The notes under the pieces were generated by a model, which searched no databases, was not told the origin of the DNA, and was given only the letters and a program-made list of their open reading frames with translations. Source: Phycisphaerae bacterium (GTDB taxonomy: Bacteria > Planctomycetota > Phycisphaerae > WQYP01). From it: 64,000 bases of DNA. Every line of letters begins with the position of its first letter. Position 1 is the stretch's first letter. This document shows positions 28,750-36,591 of this stretch, one piece after another. The position numbers were made by a program, and so were the translations under genes. The stretch lies in assembly GCA_049977145.1 (NCBI GenBank), contig JBMFGW010000002.1:7451-71450 (forward strand), in the 5' to 3' direction.

Positions 28750-30834
28750 ATGGACGCGATTCATTTTGCGCAAAAGATTTGTACCAATCTTGATGAATCC
28801 ATCGGATTGGAATGGCTGTGCACCAACGGTCTGGGCGGCTTTGCTTCCGGTACGGTGTCGGGTGTCAATACGCGCAAATACCATGGGTATCTGACCGTGG
28901 CGGTGCGCCCGCCGGTGGAACGGTATGTGCTCTTGGCGCACCTGGAAGACCGGCTGTGGATTGGCGATCACAGTTATCCGCTGGCCGCCAATGAGTTTCC
29001 CGATGTCATTGATCCGGCGGGCTATGCGAACATTGTTGATTTCTCCTATCAATATGGGCCGGTATGGCACTATCGCTGTGGCGATGCCGTGCTTGAAAAA
29101 TCCATCACCCTGGTACATGGGCAGGATACGGTAAGTATTCGCTACACACTGTTGCAACCCTCGGCCACGGGTCTGCCATTACGGCTGCATGTGCAACCGA
29201 TGCTCGCGGGGCGGTATTTTCATGCCACGACGACGGCGGTCAATCGTCCACAATGGCAGATGGCGGAACGGACCGGCGTGCGCGATCCGTTGCTGCTGTC
29301 CGCGCCGCAATGTCCCGTCAAATTATTTATCAGCCATAACGCCGATCATTTCAGCAACGGCCCCTGCTGGTGGTACAATTTTGTATTGCGTGCGGAATCA
29401 GCGCGTGGCTATCCCGATCGGGATGATCTCTGGACTCCAGGTTCTCTGGAATTTGAGATTAAGGAGGGTGTCCCCGTGGGGCTGATTGGTTCCACGCGGC
29501 CAGTCGCCATTACCGAGCAGACCGCTATTATTACCGCCGAAAAGAGCCGCCGGGACACGTTGACGATCCCCATTGAGGATACCGCGGGCGCGGCCGTGCT
29601 GGCCCGCCGCTTAGTCGCGGCGGCGGATCAATTTGTGGTCAGCCGCAGCGGCGAAAAAAGAACTGTGGGAAAGATGTCTATCATAGCAGGGTATCCCTGG
29701 TTTGAAGATTGGGGCCGCGATACGTTTATCAGTCTGGCGGGATTATCGTTGGTCACAGGGTGTTTTGATGTGGCCCGCGGCATTCTGGTGACATTTGCGG
29801 ATCATATCCGGGATGGTCTTGTTCCCAATCGTTTTTCCGACGCCTCCGACCATCCGGATTACAATACCGTCGATGCTTCGCTGTGGTTTATTCATGCGGC
29901 CTATCAATACTGGCGCTATTCCGGGGATCACGCGCTGCTGCGCGATTACCTTTATGCGCCGCTGAATCACATTATTGATTGCTATCGTGCGGGCACACGT
30001 TATGGCATCCGTATGGATTCTGATGGCCTGATCCGGGCCGGGGAGCCGGGCATACAGCTTACCTGGATGGATGCTAAAGTCGGCAATGACGTCATAACGC
30101 CACGCCATGGTAAACCGGTGGAAATCAACGCCTTGTGGTTTAATGCGTTGAAAATCATGGAGACCGTGGCGCGTTGGGCGGTACATTCCCAGCGTGCTGA
30201 TGAATTGGCCGCTTTGGCGGTAAAAGTTCAAGCCGCATTTTGTGCCCGGTTCTGGAATCCCGACACGGGCTGCCTGTTTGATGTGGTAGCGGATGATGGC
30301 TACGGCGATGCGGCCATTCGGCCCAATCAGGTCATCAGTCTGGGATTGCCCTTTGGTATGTTGGACGAGGATAAAGCGAAGAGCATCATCCAAGTGGTGC
30401 ATGATCGTTTATGGACCCCCATGGGACTGCGCACACTGGCCCCGGGCAGTCCGGGTTATCAGGGCCGCTACCAGGGAGATCAAGTGGCACGCGACCATGC
30501 CTATCATCAGGGAACGGTGTGGCCGTGGTTAATGGGACCGTTTGTCAGCGGATATGTTAAAACCATGGGCAATACACCGCAGAGCCGCGCGGATGCGTGG
30601 GAATTTCTTGCGCCGTTTGCCGCGCATATGACGCAGGCGGGGTTGGGCAGTATCAGTGAAATTGCCGATGGAGATTCACCCCACACACCTCGTGGTTGCT
30701 TTGCGCAAGCCTGGTCCGTAGCGGAAGTTCTGCGCGCCCTGTGGGAGGATGTGCTGCAGAAAGCACCGCCGTGGCCGCATGAAGCCGCAGAGGAGGCAAT
30801 AAAAGCTGGCCAACCACTGGCGGAACATCGGTGA
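28750..30834 (+). CDS. Glycogen debranching enzyme (amylo-alpha-1,6-glucosidase, GDE_N + GDE_C type)
   Basis: The N-terminal LCTNGLGGFASGTVSGVNTRKYHGYL and the central AGYPWFEDWGRDTFISL blocks are the signatures I associate with bacterial/archaeal-type glycogen debranching proteins. The length is 694 aa. Confidence 0.85.
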   Translation: MDAIHFAQKICTNLDESIGLEWLCTNGLGGFASGTVSGVNTRKYHGYLTVAVRPPVERYVLLAHLEDRLWIGDHSYPLAANEFPDVIDPAGYANIVDFSYQYGPVWHYRCGDAVLEKSITLVHGQDTVSIRYTLLQPSATGLPLRLHVQPMLAGRYFHATTTAVNRPQWQMAERTGVRDPLLLSAPQCPVKLFISHNADHFSNGPCWWYNFVLRAESARGYPDRDDLWTPGSLEFEIKEGVPVGLIGSTRPVAITEQTAIITAEKSRRDTLTIPIEDTAGAAVLARRLVAAADQFVVSRSGEKRTVGKMSIIAGYPWFEDWGRDTFISLAGLSLVTGCFDVARGILVTFADHIRDGLVPNRFSDASDHPDYNTVDASLWFIHAAYQYWRYSGDHALLRDYLYAPLNHIIDCYRAGTRYGIRMDSDGLIRAGEPGIQLTWMDAKVGNDVITPRHGKPVEINALWFNALKIMETVARWAVHSQRADELAALAVKVQAAFCARFWNPDTGCLFDVVADDGYGDAAIRPNQVISLGLPFGMLDEDKAKSIIQVVHDRLWTPMGLRTLAPGSPGYQGRYQGDQVARDHAYHQGTVWPWLMGPFVSGYVKTMGNTPQSRADAWEFLAPFAAHMTQAGLGSISEIADGDSPHTPRGCFAQAWSVAEVLRALWEDVLQKAPPWPHEAAEEAIKAGQPLAEHR

Positions 30835-30943
30835 GAGCTTTCCGGCGCGCCCGCCGCGCCATGCGGTGCTGGGAAAATGACGGTTTTTTGCGCACCGGCA
30901 TCGCACTATCACAACATCGTCAGAAGCGACGTTTTGAATTATC

Positions 30944-30974
30944 TATCTCCGGATGATTGTATCTCCGGATGATT
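30944..30974. repeat. Tandem direct repeat, 2 x TATCTCCGGATGATT (16-nt period)
   Basis: Read directly: 30944-30958 and 30960-30974 are identical. Each copy contains the palindrome TCCGGA. The repeat lies in the 335-nt gap downstream of the debranching enzyme gene and upstream of 31194. Confidence 0.9.
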
Positions 30975-31193
30975 TGGACTAACCGGCTATCATGCCTTAT
31001 CATAATGATGTCAATGGAATATCATCGTGTACGGATTGCGCGATGATATGGATGGGCACCGCAAATAAGAACTTCATCGTCGGTTCGTCAGGCGGTGCGC
31101 AATGTGATCACAGCTCTCCAATGCGGAGTGCGAAAATCGACTTGCGATTGAGCGATTCGTACGTTTGATGTGTATGTTCCGGAGTTGTTTTCA

Positions 31194-31841
31194 ATGCAGA
31201 TAATCTCGCAACCCGCGGCGTGGGAACGGCGCCGACCATTGGTGCTGGCATTTTTATGCTTCGTCTTTGCCTCCTGGTTTGCATGGGATGGCTGGTACGG
31301 CTGGCCGGATCATGATGATACCGTCGTCAAGCAAATGCTGGTCTCGCATCGTGTGACCGGGCGGGATAAATTGATCGCTCGCGCCTGGCCCGGATGGCGG
31401 CACGCGACCAATGCGCAGCGGCTGAAATTTGATCATCTGACCCATGTCAACAACATTCCGGGCTGGCATACGGTAACGGATATTCACAATCAACGGTGGA
31501 TTGTGTTAGGGTTGGGTTTGGTGGCGGCAGCGGGACTGGTCTGGTTTCTACGGGTCAGATCCAAACGGATCATGGCCGATGACCAAGGTTTGTGGCTGTC
31601 GAATGGACGGATGGTGCCGTATAACGCCATCAAAATGATTGATAATCGGCGTTGGCCTCAGGCCGGGCTGGTAACCTTGGAGTATGTCAATACCCCAGGG
31701 CAGGTTCAGCACGCAGTTCTGGATGCCGTCATTTATGAAAATATTCCGCCGTTGCTCAATGAAGTAATCACCCGGGCGACTGCGGCGGAAGTGATCAATC
31801 CGCCGTCGCCGACGGCCACGGCTGGGAGCAGTCAAAGTTAG
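31194..31841 (+). CDS. Two-TM membrane protein with possible PH-like C-terminal domain
   Basis: Two hydrophobic helices (LVLAFLCFVFASWFAW; WIVLGLGLVAAAGLVWFL) are followed by MADDQGLWLSNGRMVPYNAIKMIDNRRWPQAGLVTLEYV, which resembles bacterial PH-domain strands. The start is uncertain (GTG 31170 or ATG 31194). Confidence 0.5.
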   Translation: MQIISQPAAWERRRPLVLAFLCFVFASWFAWDGWYGWPDHDDTVVKQMLVSHRVTGRDKLIARAWPGWRHATNAQRLKFDHLTHVNNIPGWHTVTDIHNQRWIVLGLGLVAAAGLVWFLRVRSKRIMADDQGLWLSNGRMVPYNAIKMIDNRRWPQAGLVTLEYVNTPGQVQHAVLDAVIYENIPPLLNEVITRATAAEVINPPSPTATAGSSQS

Positions 31842-32212
31842 AACCGGGGCGGACCTTTGCGAACCGCTAAAAACACTGATTGTGCCTATTCCTACCTCCC
31901 GCGTGGTATTGAAACCGACCGTTATCGTGTTGGTCGGGCACCAGATGAACGCGTCATCTTGCCATAGCAATATAAAAATTTAGTGTGACCATATTCTGGG
32001 GCAGGGGCCGACATTTCCGCTACCCACATGCGGACCAGGGCCGCGCGGCAAAAAACAATATCGTGGTACCTTGCCACAAACATTGGTGGCGGGGATGAAA
32101 GATTGTAGAAAAATATGGCCGCTCCCTGTTAAATCGCACGCGTGTCTAAATGGTGCGTATTATGCGATTGAATGAAAATGTGGTATTTTTATAGAGTCTT
32201 TTATTCTGGAGA

Positions 32213-33298
32213 TTGTACGTGAGCGCAGAAACGGGTTCGACTGAAAGTATGGAATTATCGCCGCAGGAACTTCAAAGCGTGGAGAAACTCCAGGATGGCT
32301 TCAAAAAAATCCGCCGGGAATTGGCCAAAACTGTGGTCGGACAGGATCAGGTCATTGAGGAATTGCTGATTGCTTTATTTTGCCGCGGGCACTGTCTGCT
32401 CGTGGGAGTTCCGGGACTGGCCAAGACCTTGCTGGTATCCACATTATCCCAAACATTGAATCTCAGTTTCAACCGCGTGCAGTTCACCCCCGATCTGATG
32501 CCCTCGGACATCACGGGCACGGAAGTTATTGAAGAAGATAAATCCACCGGACAACGGTCTTGGCGTTATGTCAAAGGGCCGATATTTGCCAATGCCGTTC
32601 TGGCCGATGAAATTAACCGCACCCCGCCGAAAACCCAGGCGGCCTTGCTGGAAGCCATGCAGGAACATCAGGTGACCGCCGGCGGCGTGCAACGACGCCT
32701 GCCGGAACCATTTTTTGTCATGGCCACGCAAAATCCCATCGAACAGGAAGGCACGTATCCGCTGCCGGAGGCACAATTGGATCGTTTCATGTTCCATGTG
32801 CTGGTAAGTTATCCTTCCGAGCAGGAGGAATTTGATATTGTGCGTCTCACCACCACGGGGCGCCGGGTGGCGGTAGAACAGGTGCTCACCGCCGAGGAGG
32901 TGCTGCAATTGCAGGAACTGGTGCGCAAAGTGCCAGTACCGGATCATGTGGTGCGCTACGCCTTGCGTTTAACGCGGCAGACGCGCGTGTCGCAGCCCGA
33001 CGCGCCCAAGTGTGTGAAGGATTATGTGGCGTGGGGAGCCGGACCACGCGCGTCACAATATCTGGTTTTGGCGGGCAAGGCGCGTGCGCTGTTGCAGGGA
33101 CGGTATCACGTCAGTACCGAGGATATCCGGGCGGTGGCGTATCCGACACTGCGGCACCGCGTGTTGACGAACTTTAACGCGGAGGCTGAAGGCATTCATT
33201 CCGACGACATTATCCGCATGCTTATTGAACAAACGGATCGTGATGATCAAAACGCGAAAGTAACCGCTGGGATGCCGAAAGTATTACAGGGAGCGTAA
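32213..33298 (+). CDS. MoxR-family AAA+ ATPase
   Basis: VVGQDQVIEELLIALFCRGHCLLVGVPGLAKT (Walker A), LADEINRTPPKTQAALLEAMQE (Walker B/sensor) and VMATQNPIEQEGTYPLPEAQLDRF are present. The start is ambiguous: TTG 32213, GTG 32219 or ATG 32249. Confidence 0.9.
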   Translation: MYVSAETGSTESMELSPQELQSVEKLQDGFKKIRRELAKTVVGQDQVIEELLIALFCRGHCLLVGVPGLAKTLLVSTLSQTLNLSFNRVQFTPDLMPSDITGTEVIEEDKSTGQRSWRYVKGPIFANAVLADEINRTPPKTQAALLEAMQEHQVTAGGVQRRLPEPFFVMATQNPIEQEGTYPLPEAQLDRFMFHVLVSYPSEQEEFDIVRLTTTGRRVAVEQVLTAEEVLQLQELVRKVPVPDHVVRYALRLTRQTRVSQPDAPKCVKDYVAWGAGPRASQYLVLAGKARALLQGRYHVSTEDIRAVAYPTLRHRVLTNFNAEAEGIHSDDIIRMLIEQTDRDDQNAKVTAGMPKVLQGA

Positions 33299-33357
33299 GG
33301 GCGGCATGGCGACATCCATGGTACGTTGATTGGCGGGGTTTAGGGGCGTGTGCAACG

Positions 33358-34284
33358 GTGGCGTTGGAAGTTGAGCAAAAAACGGATTATAAAAAGTATC
33401 TCGATCCGCGCGCGCTCGCCAAGATCGCGGCGTTGGATGTGCGCGCCCGGCTGATTGTGGAGGGATTCATCACCGGCATGCACCGCTCACCGTATAAAGG
33501 CTTTTCCATTGAATTCGCCCAGCACCGGCCCTACAGCAGCGGCGATGATATTAAGTATATGGATTGGAAAGTTTTTGGCCGCACGGATCGGCATTACATC
33601 AAACAATATGAAGAGGAAACCAATTTACAGGTCATGCTGGTGGTGGATGCGTCAAATTCGATGAATTATGCGGGGCAATCCAACCCGCAATGGCGCAAAT
33701 TTGATCATGCCATAAGCATTGCCGCGAGCATGGCGTATGTCGCCATTCATCAGCAGGACGGCGCGGGTCTGGCGGTGTTTGATGAAAAAATCCGCCGCAT
33801 TGTGCGTCCCAGTAACAGCCCGCGACACTGGCGCACCATCATTGAAGAACTCTCCAGTTCTCCCGGTGGCCCCAAAACCGGTACCGGATCGGTGTTGGAG
33901 GAAATTGCCGAGGAAATTCGCCACCGTAGTCTGTTTATTATCATTGGCGATATGTTTGATGACGCCACGGGTATCATCAAAGGCATCCGGCATCTGCGGT
34001 ACCGTCGACATGATGTCATCATGATGCAGGTGCTGGATCATGATGAATTGGAATTTCCGTTTCGTAATACCACCATGTTTAAAGGCATGGAAGAGGCTGC
34101 CGAGGTGGTCGTGGAACCACAGGCCTTGCGGGAGGCCTATCTGGAGGAATTTCAGAAACATACTGAAACACTGCGGACGGAATGCCATAAATTGCAGGTA
34201 GATTTTCTGCAGGTGGACACCAGTGTACCACTGGATGTGTCGCTGCCAGGATTTTTAGCCAATCGGGCGGGGCGGATTCATTAG
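33358..34284 (+). CDS. DUF58 protein (VWA-like partner of MoxR)
   Basis: HRSPYKGFSIEFAQHRPYSSGDDIKYMDWKV is the DUF58 signature. A MIDAS-like DASNS follows (LVVDASNSM). Confidence 0.85.
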   Translation: MALEVEQKTDYKKYLDPRALAKIAALDVRARLIVEGFITGMHRSPYKGFSIEFAQHRPYSSGDDIKYMDWKVFGRTDRHYIKQYEEETNLQVMLVVDASNSMNYAGQSNPQWRKFDHAISIAASMAYVAIHQQDGAGLAVFDEKIRRIVRPSNSPRHWRTIIEELSSSPGGPKTGTGSVLEEIAEEIRHRSLFIIIGDMFDDATGIIKGIRHLRYRRHDVIMMQVLDHDELEFPFRNTTMFKGMEEAAEVVVEPQALREAYLEEFQKHTETLRTECHKLQVDFLQVDTSVPLDVSLPGFLANRAGRIH

Positions 34285-34293
34285 ACGTGAAAG

Positions 34294-34342
34294 GTTAGAA
34301 GCTGAAAGTTAGAAGTTAGAAGTTAGAATTGGGATATTAGAA
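34294..34342. repeat. Heptanucleotide tandem repeat (GTTAGAA)n, 7 units, 4 perfect
   Basis: Read directly: GTTAGAA occurs at 34294, 34308, 34315 and 34322, and degenerate units occur at 34301, 34329 and 34336. The repeat fills most of the 72-nt gap between the DUF58 stop and the next start. Confidence 0.9.
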
Positions 34343-34356
34343 CCTCGTTCGGAGTT

Positions 34357-36591
34357 GTGTTGAGTTTGTTGTTGCCGATAGCTGTTTGGCCTTTCGTCAC
34401 ACCCTGGCTGTTTGCCGCAGGAGCGGCGGCGGTGTCGATACCAATTGTGATTCATCTGTTGAACCGGCGGCGGTTTCGCATACAGGCCTGGGCAGCGATG
34501 GAATTCCTTCTGGCAGCCCATCGGCGCAATGTGCGCAAACTTAAATTGCAACGCTGGCTGCTGCTTTTACTGCGCTGTTTGGCGTTGCTGTTACTGGCGG
34601 CGGGGATTGCGCAGTTTTTGCCCCCCGGATCAGTGCTGGGTGCTATTCTGGGCAATGCCAGCCGATTAACCGTGGTGGTGTGGGATAACGCCTATACCAC
34701 GCAATATCGTCCAGCGGGCGGGAAAACCATATTTGAACGCGCGCAGACGCTGCTGACGCATTGGCTTGCTACCACGTCGCCTCAAAGCCGGGTGGCCATT
34801 ATCAGCGGTTCCGCGGATCCACATGGTTTACTCAAGCAACCCACGCCGGATATTGCCTTGGCCGGGGAGTTGGTGGCGCGACAAAAGGCGACCGACGCCG
34901 CCGCTGATTTAGCCGGTGGCTTAAAGCGGGCGCTGGTGGTATTGCAAAAACAGAAAAAGCGAACCGGCCGGCAACGCTGCTGGCTGATTACCGATGGTGC
35001 GCAGGCGGCTTTTGCGCCGCTGGATAGTTCGCCAAACGCCGCTGGAATACCACAACGGCTCAAAACGCTGATCGCCGCGATTCGCAAAACCGGGGCCACG
35101 ATCAGAGTCTTTGATGTCGGCGATCCACATGCCGGTAATATGGCTATTACCCGCTTAAAACTGGCGCGCCATTTCGCGCTGGTCAATGATCCTCTGCGAG
35201 TGCGGTTAACCGTATTTAATGGCGCCGCAATGCCGCAGGCGCAAGTTAACGTCCGATTATTTCTGGATCAGGTGGCGGCGGGATCGGTAACGTTGCCTCG
35301 CATCAATCCCGGCGCTGCGGTGACTGTGAATACCACGCTGCGCGCGGATATAACCGTTGCGGGCATGCACACTATTACCGCTCGGCTCCCGCGGGATGGT
35401 TTATTAATTGACAACACCAGGCGGTTGGTGGTGCAGGCACAGCGGCGCATGCGACTGCTGCTGGTGGACGGCGCACCGGGTGACCCGATGACCCACCGTC
35501 TGGCCAGTACCGCGTGGCTGGCAACGGCCCTGGCACCGCGCGCCCACGACAACATGTTTGCCCCGCATGTTATTAATGCCATCGCGCTGTCCGCCCAATC
35601 ATTACGGCATTATGCGGCGGTTATTTTCAGCGACGCACCGGCACCCGGACCGCAAACCGCATCCCGATTACGCGCCTTCGTTAATACTGGGGGACTGCTG
35701 CTGATATTTCCCGGCCCCAATATAACCGGGCGAAACTGGAGCTCCACGCTGGGGACGCTACGCGGCAAATTATTGCCGGCGGTTATGGGCGGAATTATCC
35801 AGCCGCCGCAGACATTACACTTTAATTTTGGTGGCCCCGCTAATGCGATTACCCAACCATTTATCGCCGCCCGGCAAAGTGGAATCCACACCGGCATAGG
35901 CACCGTGACAACAACGCATTATCTGGATTTGCGCGTCATCAATCCGGATGTTGCGCGCACGCTGCTTTCCTTTACCAATGGCCAGCCGGCGCTGGTGAGC
36001 ACAGTTCTGGGCCATGGCCGGGTGATCGTGGCGGCATTTACATGCGACACGCGGTGGACCGACTTTCCGGCGCAGCCGTCATTTCTGCCGTTTGTGTATC
36101 AAATGATGTATTTCGGTATCCCAGATCGTAACGCCCGCTGGAATCTGCGAGTTGGCGGACGTTTCACATTGCCCGCCGGTAGTGCGGATGTATGGCACGG
36201 ACCTGACGGAACATCTTTTGCTTTAAACCAAAAGGAAATCGGTTCCCGGATTGTGGCGACCAGTCCGCGTCTCTGGTTAGCCGGGCTATATCGTAATGCC
36301 GCCCGCCGTCGCCTCGTGGCGGTGAACGTGGATCCCGCCGATGCGGATATCCGGCATATTCCCGCGGTCCGCATTGCCGCGATTCTGGGATTGCCCCTGG
36401 CGGACATTGTCAGCGCACCGCGGCAACTTTCCCAGCCGCACATGAATCAATCTTCCAACGGCGGCAACGCGGGCCAGCGATTGCTGTTGTTGGCACTGTT
36501 AGTATTATTAGCTGAAACACTCTTGGCACGGGCCTTTTCACACTATGACCGCAGCCGCGGCAAAAGTACTAAACGGGAGAGTGTAAAATGA
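34357..36591 (+). CDS. BatA_N-domain membrane protein with degenerate VWA and GATase1-like domains
   Basis: The N-terminal TM pair and the IPIVIHLLNRRRFR...WAAMEFL motif match the aerotolerance regulator N-terminal (BatA) domain. The VWA MIDAS position is degenerate (VVVWDNAYT). The block RLLLVDGAPGD...YAAVIFSDAP...GGLLLIFPG resembles the class-I amidotransferase-like fold. A C-terminal TM anchor is present. Confidence 0.8.
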   Translation: MLSLLLPIAVWPFVTPWLFAAGAAAVSIPIVIHLLNRRRFRIQAWAAMEFLLAAHRRNVRKLKLQRWLLLLLRCLALLLLAAGIAQFLPPGSVLGAILGNASRLTVVVWDNAYTTQYRPAGGKTIFERAQTLLTHWLATTSPQSRVAIISGSADPHGLLKQPTPDIALAGELVARQKATDAAADLAGGLKRALVVLQKQKKRTGRQRCWLITDGAQAAFAPLDSSPNAAGIPQRLKTLIAAIRKTGATIRVFDVGDPHAGNMAITRLKLARHFALVNDPLRVRLTVFNGAAMPQAQVNVRLFLDQVAAGSVTLPRINPGAAVTVNTTLRADITVAGMHTITARLPRDGLLIDNTRRLVVQAQRRMRLLLVDGAPGDPMTHRLASTAWLATALAPRAHDNMFAPHVINAIALSAQSLRHYAAVIFSDAPAPGPQTASRLRAFVNTGGLLLIFPGPNITGRNWSSTLGTLRGKLLPAVMGGIIQPPQTLHFNFGGPANAITQPFIAARQSGIHTGIGTVTTTHYLDLRVINPDVARTLLSFTNGQPALVSTVLGHGRVIVAAFTCDTRWTDFPAQPSFLPFVYQMMYFGIPDRNARWNLRVGGRFTLPAGSADVWHGPDGTSFALNQKEIGSRIVATSPRLWLAGLYRNAARRRLVAVNVDPADADIRHIPAVRIAAILGLPLADIVSAPRQLSQPHMNQSSNGGNAGQRLLLLALLVLLAETLLARAFSHYDRSRGKSTKRESVK

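Noticed and set aside
28612-29157. Long antisense ORFs of 180-230 aa inside real genes (28612-29157, 29743-30402, 53776-54471, 58272-58940, 19132-19758, 60237-60797)
   Set aside because: They lie entirely opposite strongly supported CDSs, have Arg/Gly/His-biased composition typical of shadow frames in GC-rich DNA, and show no recognisable motifs.
34294-34342. Possibility that the heptamer array, or any other repeat, is a CRISPR array
   Set aside because: The units are 7 nt with no spacers. No array of 25-40 nt repeats separated by unique spacers and no cas genes are present anywhere in the window.
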